The position numbers and the translations under genes are program-made. From assembly GCA_028534125.1 (NCBI GenBank), contig CM052816.1, positions 43,712,001 to 43,776,000 of the forward strand: 64,000 nt of DNA. Direction: 5' to 3'. Position 1 is the stretch's first letter. Each line of letters starts with the position of its first letter. This DNA comes from Lama glama. Taxonomy: Eukaryota. The notes under the pieces were generated by a model, which worked only from the letters and a program-made list of their open reading frames with translations, was not told the DNA's origin and searched no databases. Below are positions 12,841 through 23,202 of this stretch, piece after piece.

Positions 12841-13017
12841 ATGGCATTCTTCCACGACTGGGAAGAGGGGGCACATCAGGAGCTCACTGCACTCACCAAA
12901 CATGTGGGACACATATTCCTGCCACTATGGTAGCCCCTCACTGCTTTTATTCTCACTGTGCCGGAAATATCTGAAGGCCAGTCTGCACCGCGAAGCTCAG
13001 AGATGAAAGAGATGGGG

Positions 13018-13190
13018 GGTATAACGGAAAGAATCCAGGGTGAGTTTCAGGAGTCTTGCACCCTAGCCCTGGGGTTCTGCTTTCAACTACTATGAGGTGT
13101 TGGGCAAGTCACTTAGGCTTTGGGGTCTCAACTTCTTCATTTGCAAAGTGAAGCAGCAGTCAACCACATGATCCCTCTTAAATCTCTTCT
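13018..13190 (+). mobile_element. MIR SINE
   Basis: Core TTGGGCAAGTCACTTAGGCTTTGGGGTCTCAACTTCTTCATTTGCAAAGTG. Confidence 0.75.
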
Positions 13191-14120
13191 TAGAGTCAAT
13201 AGAGGCAAACAAAATAGTTGGGTTGAAGTAAGAAAGAAAAGGGAGACGGAGAAGAAAAACAAAGGTAAATGAAACAGGAATGGGAAATTTGGGCAAAGGG
13301 AGAAGAGGGAAAATAATAAAGAAAAAGAGGACAAACCTAAAAGTAGGTAATAAGCATGTGTTATAAAGCAGACAGAACAACAGACATCTGGTCAATCGCC
13401 GTTTCTCCATCGACACTTCTGGAGAAGTGTGGGTTTCTGGATGGTATTTGGAATTTCTTTTTTAGGGCCTAGATAAAGTTATGGGGTTAATTTTTACATT
13501 TTAGAAAGATTAAATAAGCCTTGTAGGACCTTGGTATTCTTTCTGCCTTGGAGAACGCTACTTTAATGTGGAAATAGGATTCAGACAATGAGGAGCATAT
13601 TTTGATCATCCTAGTTGTCTGTGTCTTAATGGATTTTGACATCATCCTAGAGTACATCTTCCTTCAAAGAGATTAATATCGAACTTTTGCTTATCTGGCT
13701 TACATATATTATTTTATAGGTTTTCCTCAACACACCCCTCTCTCCCTTGCTTGGCATCTTCCTCCAATCTGGCTATTTCCCCATTTATTAACACCAACCT
13801 CCAGAGGGAAGATAAGGGAAAGGAAGGAAATATAAATCATTCCATTGCTATAAGCTGTTGGGAAAACTGGCAAACATAGACGTAGAAAGCGAAAGCTGAG
13901 TAAAGTTTAAGTTACAAAGGAGAAAAGATAAGACTTCTAGTTTGTGCATTACAATTGGTCCCACATAGCAATGAGGGCATCTTAAAATATTTATGAGTTC
14001 TATATAGCAACTCTGCATCGAGAGAGAGGTATGAAGAGCACAGGTGAAGGAATTAGTCTTGGACAGGAGTAGGGCACCACTTAAAAAAGTGGTAACTGTA
14101 AAGGTGGATAATGACAGATA

Positions 14121-14264
14121 CACAACACATGTTTGAGCTTCATGGGTCCACTTATATGTGGATTTTTTTCCATAAATATATGGACTATGGGACTTGAACA
14201 TCAGTAGATTTTGGTATCAGGGTGGGTCCTGGAACCAACCTCCTGTGGATACCAGAGTCGACTG
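14121..14264. mobile_element. MER8-like Tigger MITE, internally deleted
   Basis: ACAACACATGTTTGAGCTTCATGGGTCCACTTATATGTGGATTTTTTT and GGACTTGAACATCAGTAGATTTTGGTATC…GGTCCTGGAACCAACC…GTGGATACCAGAGTCGACTG resemble the two ends of MER8. Confidence 0.8.
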
Positions 14265-14725
14265 TGTATTGAGAGGGGAAGAGGTCAGACACTGAGGTAC
14301 TTTATGTTCACTGAATTGCATTTTCTCTGAAAAGGAAGAGGCATGCACAACCATCATCTTAGGGTTGAGTGAGGGAAGGCTTAAAGAGAATGGGAAAGAG
14401 TTGGATCAGCTGGTGTGAGGACTGGGAAAGGGAGTCAAGTAGAGATAGAACCACCATGGGTGGTGTGGAAGAATTACTAGGAGTTGCTAAGTTTACAGTC
14501 ATGAGATTTTTCCAGATGCCTTCTGCAGCCTGTGAGGAGGAGCAGATAAAAATGGAGAGGGGCGTTATTCCTTTCTCAGGGATTTGCAGGACACTCATAG
14601 CAGAAGAGTAAGAGGATATAGGGAGGAAGGGGCTGATCTGAAGGAAATCTGCTATCTCATTAAATCAGTAGTACATGGGGACAGCAGTTTCTCAAAAAAC
14701 AGTGTATTTGTTAAATGTTGAGTCC

Positions 14726-14831
14726 AATTTATAGGTGAACAAAATGAGGCACAGCAGATTTTCCTAAGTGGCAGAAGTCAGAATTTGAGCCCATGTCTCT
14801 GAATCTGGGAAGATGTTCTTGGCCACTACAC
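14726..14831 (-). mobile_element. MIR SINE fragment
   Basis: ATTTATAGGTGAACAAAATGAGGCACAG…AAGTGGCAGAAGTCAGAATTTGAGCCCATGTCT…GGCCACTACAC. Confidence 0.7.
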
Positions 14832-17516
14832 TTTATATGAAGAGAGAGAGTGAATTGGGGGTTTTGGTAATATTGTGATTAAAATTATTAACAGTGAGGA
14901 AGGTGAGTGGAGTTGGGAACTGAAATAGGCCGGGGTTGAAGTATTGGAGAACTTACTGAGTTTGGAGAGTGGGTTTTAATGTAATAGTGGGAGAAGTAAA
15001 TTACAATATTGTGGCATGAGCAGGAGATCCCATTCTCTGGGTGGATTATTTCACAAATGGGAACAAGGTCCAGAGTGTGGCCAAGACATGGGGCTGTTGA
15101 AGTGGAGTGGAGGTGGATCCTGGAGGAGATGTCACGGGAGAAGGTTTCCAGACTCTGAAGGGGTCATCTGCTTGGTGTGGAAGTGACACAAGGTGATGGC
15201 TGGAGATGAGGGAAAGATGGCAAGTCAGGTTCCACCATGGTCAATAAAAGTGGAGATGGGGAAGAAGGGGCGGGCGGTAACCTGGAGGCCCCTGGAGAGC
15301 AGATATGTATCCCTACTTTGTCTCTGGCCTCCAGCCTGGCCGTGAGCTGGCTGCCCAGGAAGATGAGTGGTCATCACCTTCGGGTTTTATAATAAATTAA
15401 ATAAATTCTCTGATCTTTTCTCTATATTCAAACTCTTGGCTCTGTGACTCTAGCCCCCATCTGCCACCACTGGCCTAGGGGACTCGGCCTTCCTCGTATT
15501 CAAAGTGCAGCCTTTTTTTTTTCCCTAACAGACTTGTGCCAGTGAGGCTGTATCTTTTGTGGTCCTCCTCATTTCTTGCAGGTAGAAATCCCAGCCCTAG
15601 CTTTTACTCCAAAGCACACCCCTCACTATGCCCTAGAGAATGGTATACTTGGAGGATAAGAGCTTCAGAACAACTGGCCTTTGAGTGAAGTGACCGAACA
15701 GTATTTGGGCTGATTCAAAACAAAGAGTGCCACCTATTGAAAGACCACTTAGCTCTCTAGTAATTTATTCAGCAGAACGAGTTATCATGAAACAGGCTCA
15801 CAAGAGCATTCTGGAAAATTGAGATGGGAGAAAAAGACTTGCAATGTTACAACAAGGTAGTTCTAATACGTGGTGGCCGGAGGTGGAAGGCAGGGTCCAG
15901 CCTGAGCCACAGAGAGAAGGGGCTGAGACTGTTTTCCTTCTGATGAGATTGTGTGGGTCGTTTCCCACCAAGAGCCACCTAAGATGAGGAAGTAGCTTTT
16001 TATTATTAAAGATGAATATTTAGTCATTATTGTTGGGCAGGACAAAGTGGTTTAAAGTGACAAGATGGACAAAAGTGCACTGGGGATTAAACAGAAATGA
16101 GTTGTTACGTGGAGGCAAGCAGTCCTGTTCCTGGACAGCCAGCCGAGAGATGGAGCATGAATTCATAATGTACGGTGGTCTGAGCAGATTGGTCAGAGAG
16201 CAACAACCGCATGCATTTTGCAGGGAATGTCTCTCACCCTGTTGCCACTTTTTTCAGCGCTCCATATGCTAGATCGCAACTACAGATTTAGCCCTTTTGC
16301 CCAAAGGCATCTGAACCTGTGAAAAGCCTAGCTGGGGCACTGTCTATTGTTCATTGACAACTTGTCAATTTACTTCCAGGCAAAATAACTCATAAACATG
16401 ATAAGTAAGGCAGATAAAACAAGAATTCTTTCACACTTTGCAACTTTACTGCAAAAATGGCTTATTTTCCGTAAATGTGTGAAATCTCCCCTCTGAATTG
16501 TGACTGTGCATTGAACTTTAAAACTGTTTAGAGAAAGCACAAGCATTTCACAATTCCTATCTGTAATAAGATGAATGTTAAATATTAAACACGCATTAAA
16601 AGTGGTCAAATAAAAGATTTGCAAAGGTTCACTAGCATCACCACATTTTTCTTTGATTCCCCGAGTGAATAAAAGTTAAGTTTAACGATACTCTCTAAAA
16701 GACAAATGTTTAAACACTATCTGCTAAATTTGACATTTCACATATTTATATTCGATATTATGTAAGCCTTTATCTCAGTTAAGAAAGAAAGAAACAGATA
16801 TGGTAAACCTTATCAGTATTAAATTCAAAAGCCAGTATGTGATGTGTTAGCATATGTTCATACTGTAATGGAGTGGCTTTTATTTCTGATATTTATAAAC
16901 ATTCCATTTCTAATGTACTGTTTAAATATTGAGAGCTAATTGTGAATTCTTTTAGGTAAAATATTTTAAGTAGATAATAATTTTGAAATATATTACTCTC
17001 TGAGGCAAAGCATTCTGTTTATGTGTAGTTATTTATAAAGTCCTACTTTTTAATGAAGTCGTGTTCCCTGGATTCAATTCCCCAGTAATGAATTTGATTT
17101 TAAGCTTCTTGCTTACGATAATATCATCACAGAGTTATACCTGGTGCCCTACTGACTCCCCCCAGGTGGTTCTCCATGACACCAAACATTCCAATGACAC
17201 AAGACCAGATTCTGCATCCCAGTTGGATCTTCCTCTTGCGACCTTTGCTTCTGAGACCCAGAGCACACTCCCAGCATTTCCAGTTTGCAGGTTTGAGAGT
17301 CATACACCTTCCCCCCTCCCCCGTCACCTTCCCATATTTCCTTCACTTACTGTATAATATTTATAAGCAGGAACACATGTGCATCTGTTACATAACAAAT
17401 GGCTTTTGGGAGATAAGTGAGAGAACACGAGAACAGAAATTTAAAAGTGTTTAAAAAAAGGGGATAAAACAAATCTGTGATAATCAAGAATACCTCAAAA
17501 TAGGACGTGTTTTTCA

Positions 17517-17705
17517 GGAAGCAGTGTATTCAGTGCAAAGAGCCTGAACCAGAGGACCGGAGACTCGGGTCTGAATAGTGTCACCGGTGCTAAGTAGTCC
17601 TGACCCTCAGGAAGCCCGGCTTTTTTTCCCACCTTGGTTTGGATCGGTTTTTGCCTCATGAGGGCGGGAGGACCGTGCTGGCTGTGCTCCAGAACCCCTG
17701 CCAGT
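17517..17705 (+). mobile_element. degraded MIR-family SINE
   Basis: GGAAGCAGTGTATTCAGTGCAAAGAGCCTGAAC…GGAGACTCGGGTCTG resembles the MIR head; remainder highly diverged. Confidence 0.4.
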
Positions 17706-18669
17706 TTTCCTCCTCTTGAACACAGAGAGTTCCTGCAAGATTTCAGATGAACAAAGTCTTCCAGAAGAAGAAGGGAGAGGTACTCACAGCCAGATCTAAA
17801 ACTGTATCTATTAGGTGAATAATGTGTTCAGGTGGTATGATAATAATTTCATTCATAAAAATTCTCTCCAGAAGAAATGATGTGGATTACAGAGGACTGC
17901 TGTGCTTGCTTTAAAGCAGGAAATGAATATGTTAAGGATGCCATCACCTGATTTTTGTGTGAACGTGGAGAGTGTATACACCTGTACTTCTGAAACTTCT
18001 TTGTAAATGCTCTTCTTCCTGCTTTCCCCCTAGCGATCTTATCACATAAGCTGTGGAGTTTTAAGTATTATATATCAAAAACAAAAAATCCTAACAGAGA
18101 TACAACATTCCAATGTCTAAGTCCTGGTGTCTTGGGTTCTTCGTAACTAATTTAGCATCCTGGCAACTGGCTGCGTGGAAGTAGGGCCCATCCCTACCAT
18201 TCCACACCCCAGTAAGCTGACCGTTACTCTACTGGTGCAGTGTTCTCCCCGCGGTGTGAAGGAATATGCATTTTCTTCTATGAGACTAAATCCTGTTTAT
18301 GTGCCCAAGCCTCTAACTTGTCGAGGTCATTTTGAATTTTAACCTTTTTTTTTTTTTTTTAATGCTGGCCATTCCACCTAGTCTGCCATTTGGGGCATGT
18401 TAATGAACACATCATGATATTACAAAAACTGTTGAGTATTGTCAGATGGGAACCCTTGGAAAGAGAAAGAGCTGTAACCCAGGAGTAAATTGATTCAGAC
18501 TGTTGGCAACACAGCGTTTGTTGCAGAAGTTTCCCCACAGCAAATACCAAGTAAGAAGAAAAGCAGTGAGGTAACATTAAGGGAAGGCAAATAATAAAGG
18601 CTCTAAGAGGCAGACATGTGAGAGAGGGAACAAAAAGGAAACAGAAAAGGAGGAAAAATAACAAAAGAC

Positions 18670-18745
18670 CACACTGTACACCTTGAATGAATATATATAT
18701 ATATATATAGTCAATCATACCTCAATTAAGCTGGGGAAAAATAAA
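18670..18745 (+). mobile_element. short L1 3' terminal fragment containing (TA)n
   Basis: CTGTACACCTTGAA…(TA)n…GTCAATCATACCTCAATTAAGCTGGGGAAAAA resembles L1 3' termini (GTCAATTATACCTCAATAAAGCTG). Confidence 0.65.
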
Positions 18746-19749
18746 GATACAAGTAAACTGTATTTTGGCAACATCAAGGTACAGAATCTGATATTGAATA
18801 TGCGAGCTTAGAATGTATTTATTTAATTTGAGGCATGTTGTTTCATGCAAAAACGCAGCAAAGGAGCTGCTTAGAGCTGGACGTCAATTAATATTCTTAC
18901 AAAGGACTGGCAGGAAGCCATGGTGGACGTCTAGTCAGAGACAGTGTGTCACACTACTGTTGACTGTAAAATTAATTACCATTTCTAAACAATAACTCTG
19001 TGATGCATATTCTTCCAGGCATACTATACTGCCCTTCTGGCATTAAAGGTTATAAATAATAATTTTTTTTTTAAAATATGCCCTTTAGTGAAATCACAGG
19101 CCAAAATATCAACAATCCCAATAATAATGATAAAAAAGCGCCGGTGTACGGGGGAACAAGTCGACGTTGTGAAGACAGAATTGAATATTAAGAAGTGTCA
19201 CGTACCTAAAGTAAGTGTTAGACATTCGCATGATGGCATCAGCTGCTGATCTCATGCATCTGGAGCTGCCCTGTCACTAAGGCACAGCTAACCAAGGCAG
19301 AGACACAGACAAAGCTGCTTCATCATTAATGTCAGTAAAAGGATCTGGAGGAAAAATAGAGAGTCTCTGGAGACCTTGTCTGGACTTCTTGGAGCCTGGA
19401 CAACAGTCCTTTCCAGCGACAGTCTTTTCCACCCCAATAGCAGCTGCGACAAGGGAAAAAAGGAAGGCATTGACTTGAGTTGTCATTCAGTTCAAAGAGG
19501 TGAGAAGTACAGCCCATGATGAACCTTTATAGTCAGAGTTATTAATGGGGAGTTCTTTTTATGGCTTTTTGAAAATATCACATTTATGAACTGTCCTAAA
19601 TTATCCTGGGTTATTGTTTGGCACATGTTGACCAGTCAGTTTTACGCTGCTAAAATTAAAAAATCTTTTTTATCTCTAGGAGAGAGAAGAGAAGAGTACA
19701 AAAATTCCTTCCTCAGGGTTGTAGCATATAGATTTAAAATAGCACTATC

Positions 19750-20150
19750 AATCTAGGGAAATACAGCTTTGGCTCTTAGTTGGGTACTGACTGGTTCAAG
19801 GATCATATTCAATGAGAAGTTATTAATGTTTCAGAGGCAACCTAAAAGGACACATCAAATGATGTTCTGCAGGGTCTGTCTAGGGTGGTAATATTTAACA
19901 TTTTATCAGTGACTTGGATGATAAAATATGGAACATGATCATAAAGTTTCATGGAAGACTCTAAGTTGGGAGAGGTAACAAGTACCTTGGAAGATCTACT
20001 TATAATTCAAGATGACCTTGAAAAGTCAGGAGGGAAGCCATTAATGATCAGGTTACGTGGATTAGGTAGCATAATAAATGAGGTTTGAACAATGGGCAAA
20101 ATGAGAGAAAAAGGGGTAGGGGAAGACAAATGTGAAATGCACTAAATATA
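19750..20150 (+). mobile_element. CR1/L3 LINE ORF2 reverse-transcriptase fossil
   Basis: With frameshifts translates to WFKDHIQ*EVIN…DVLQG…IFNI…SDLDD…MIIKF…EDSKLGEVTSTLEDLLIIQDDLEK…EQWA…DKCE, co-linear with CR1 RT motifs (GVPQGSVLGP, FNIFINDLD, KFADDTKLG, IQxDLxxLExWA, DKCK). Confidence 0.85.
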
Positions 20151-21539
20151 GCCTGGTAAATAAAAGTTCTGCCCAAAAGAATCACATACGATGCTAGCAT
20201 ATGTAAATCACATCATACATAGAATTATGAAGTAGTTTGAGGCTCTCTGATTTAATTTAAGGACAATATAAACAAACCGGAGACTGTCCAATAAAGGCAA
20301 AAACTGAAGAGCTGTAAGAGGAAAAGTAAATGCCTTATGGTGTCTGAGCATTGGGAATTGAAACAAAAGGGTGGCCTGTTTATAGTTCATTGCCAAGAGT
20401 TTATAACTCCTCCTTGTCAAAATGACCCAGATTTATTGTTTACTTAAGGTATCGTTCTTGATTCTCCCTTCCTAATTGCTTTCCTTCTGATCATCCTTCC
20501 AGTTTCATTTTATTCTTCTGTGAGTCCGTGTTCTAACTTCAGCAACAACTTGATGAGCTCCCAGATGTGGCTGGCTCTAGGCATATCTCGTGGCTTCCTT
20601 ATCCTTGCCTGTAATTGGCTTAGCGGTTTTCTCTAGATCATGATTTTAACCTATTCTTGGATCTATGAGAAGGGAAGGACCCCTTCCCCAGGAAAACATG
20701 CATATACTCCAGTCTTTTCTTAGGAGTTTAGGGTGTTTGTAGACCCTTCTTAGGGACCCAGGCACCTTATATGAAGAAGTTCTCGCTGTCAGGATTGGTC
20801 ACCCAGGCTCTGACCTTGCTGGTCTCCCCTGGTTCTGTGTCCTGCAGAAGACCAGAGCTTACCAATGAGACTTTTCCCCTTCAAGCCAAATGGGTGTTCC
20901 CTATTAAGAACACCGTGGTAGCTTGCTGAGCCCCTGTGCCATCTGCGATTCAGGGAAATGCCCACTATTTATTTCTGCTGGGCTTCAAGATGGAATTTTC
21001 TGGTTTCCCTGATGATCAGTCCTTTTTTTAAAACCCAAATCAGGAAAGAGCGAATCATCTTCTTGATTTGGCATGCATGAAATTAGCACTATTTGGCCTT
21101 TTAGGACCTAGGCAAGTAGCTTAATATATATATTAAGCTTTCCTTATATATTCTAGACTCCAGAAATATTGCCCTCTACCCTGCAGATAATTATGTAAAC
21201 CCATACTGGGGCTCTTGGAGAGTTTAGGTCTAAAAAGAGGAGTCTGATCCTGCTTGTGTTTGTCATCAATGTCCACCTCTAAATGGGCCTTCCCTCTGTT
21301 CCTGTCACTCACAAGTTGTTTCAACTTGCCATCTAAGCAGGTGAAGGTGAGGGTGTGCCAGGCCCAGCTTAAGAGCTGAAAACATGCATCCCCTGGTCCC
21401 TTAAGGTCAGCTCTGCTGCAGTTTTGGCTCATGGGGCACTCCAATATAGCTGTAAGACTGAGCTGGAGGCATTAACAATGACTTAAAATGTGTCAGATTA
21501 TGAGGTAATTAATTAAGTTGGTTGGCTCGAGAGTGATTA

Positions 21540-22177
21540 GCCCACTCCTGGGCATATATCTGGAGAAAATTAATTCGAAAAGGTGCATGCACTCCAATAT
21601 TTATAGCAATAAGCGAAGCAACCTGAATGTCCATCAACAGATGACTGGATAAAGAAGTGGTGTATATATATACATATATATATTTATACACACACACACA
21701 CACAAACACACACAGTGGAATATTACTCAGCCATGAAAGGGAATGAAATAATGCCATTCACAGCAACATGGATGGACCTAGAGATTATCACACTACATGA
21801 AGTAAGTCATACAGAGAAAGACAAAATCATACGATATTGCTTATATGTGAAACCTTAAAAATGATACAAATGAACTTATTTGCAAAACAGAACTAGACTC
21901 ACAGGCACAGAAAATAAACTTATGGTTACCACAGGGGAAAGGGGAGAAGGTTAAATTTAGAGTTTGGGATTAACATATACAAACCACTATATGTAAAATA
22001 AACAACCAGGGCCTACTGTATAGCACAGGGAACTAGATTCAATATCTTATAATAACCTACATGGGAAAGAGTTGAAAAAGAAAATATATATATATATATA
22101 TGTATAAAACTGAATCACTTTGTTGTATACCTGAAACTAGCACAACAATGTAAATCAACTATACTTCAATAAAAAAA
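21540..22177 (+). mobile_element. 5'-truncated L1 (end of ORF2 plus 3' UTR), cetartiodactyl type
   Basis: CCCACTCCTGGGCATATATCTGGAGAAAA, ATGTCCATCAACAGATGACTGGATAAAGAAG, GCAACATGGATGGACCTAGAGATTATC, CTACTGTATAGCACAGGGAACT, TGTAAATCAACTATACTTCAATAAAAAAA. Confidence 0.95.
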
Positions 22178-22294
22178 TTTTTTTGGAAGAATTAACCTGC
22201 TAGGATTAGATGTTACAGATGTTACTCTTACACTGTAAAGCATTGTGAAATCAGATTACTTTAAAATGATGTATCAGAAGGTCATGGGAAAAGA

Positions 22295-22472
22295 GCAGTT
22301 GTGAGTGTGGAAGCCCGGGGTTTATATCCCAGATCTGTCTTATCCTAAATATGGGACTGTTTCCACTCTGGCCTGTAAAGTGGGCTTGCCAGTCTGTCTG
22401 CTCATATGATTGAGTGGTAAGCAAAGCAATAGTTTTTAGCTTAGAATTCTATATAGACAAAGAAGGTTATTA
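22295..22472 (+). mobile_element. degraded MIR SINE
   Basis: GGGTTTATATCCCAGATCTGTC…CTGTAAAGTGGG…TCATATGATTGAGTGG; weak match. Confidence 0.4.
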
Positions 22473-23022
22473 AATTTTTTTTAAAAACCTCATACATATA
22501 GTTTATGCTGCTCATAGTCAACTTGTTTACATGTGATTTTATTATCGAATGACCTATAGTTGTTCAAATGATTCAACAAGCTGATACAGGTCAGCTGCCG
22601 TCCGAGAGGATGTTTGATTGGTCAGTGCAGAAAGTAACACTGGGGAGATAACTGAGGCTCATTCTGAGATCCTTTGGGGGAGTGATATTCAACTTAGATG
22701 TTCTATTTTCATCCAGACACGGGCTTGCATAGATTAGTCTTTCTGATGCTGCAGAAAAGCGTGTAAAGAAAAAAAGAGCAAGGCCCTGTGCCTAGATGAC
22801 AGACGACAGGCGTGCACCGGAGAGTGTGCATTGGAGGGGAATAAACATCTTCAAGTTTCAAGTACCAGATTGAGAGCAGTAGCAGAAGAGTCATAAAAAC
22901 GCAGATGTTGAAGCCTGTTTAAAGTGTGAACTTAAAACAATCGCTGAAAGACTTGAGATTTTCTTTATTGCTTTTTAATTCCCAATAAAGGAAAATAGTC
23001 CTCTTTGTATATGCCTCTATAC

Positions 23023-23202
23023 CACTGGTTCTCAACAAGTGGTTACACATTGGAATTGCGTCAGCTACTTTTTAAAATATTGCCTGTGTGTGTCCCAGAC
23101 CCCAGAGATTCTGACATTAGGTGTCTCAGATGGTATCTGGAGATGGAGATTTTAAAACTTCTCCTGCTGATTCTAAGGCATAGCCAGAGTTGTAAACCAT
23201 TG
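23023..23202. mobile_element. MER5A-like hAT-Charlie MITE
   Basis: Termini CACTGGTTCTCAA … GTTGTAAACCATTG; internal CCCCAGAGATTCTGA and GCTGATTCTAAGGCATAGCCAGAG; about 180 bp. Confidence 0.85.

Larger units (their letters stand above)
13860..15250 (-). mobile_element. LINE-2 ORF2 remnant including endonuclease region, interrupted by a MITE and a MIR
   Basis: Purine-rich antisense L2 ORF2-like sequence; 15062-15082 on the minus strand translates to GHTLDLV, a motif of L2-clade APE endonucleases. Confidence 0.7.

Noticed and set aside
13090..13416. Hydrophobic 108-aa ORF
   Set aside because: Antisense reading of a low-complexity purine tract plus a MIR core (LQMKKLRP).
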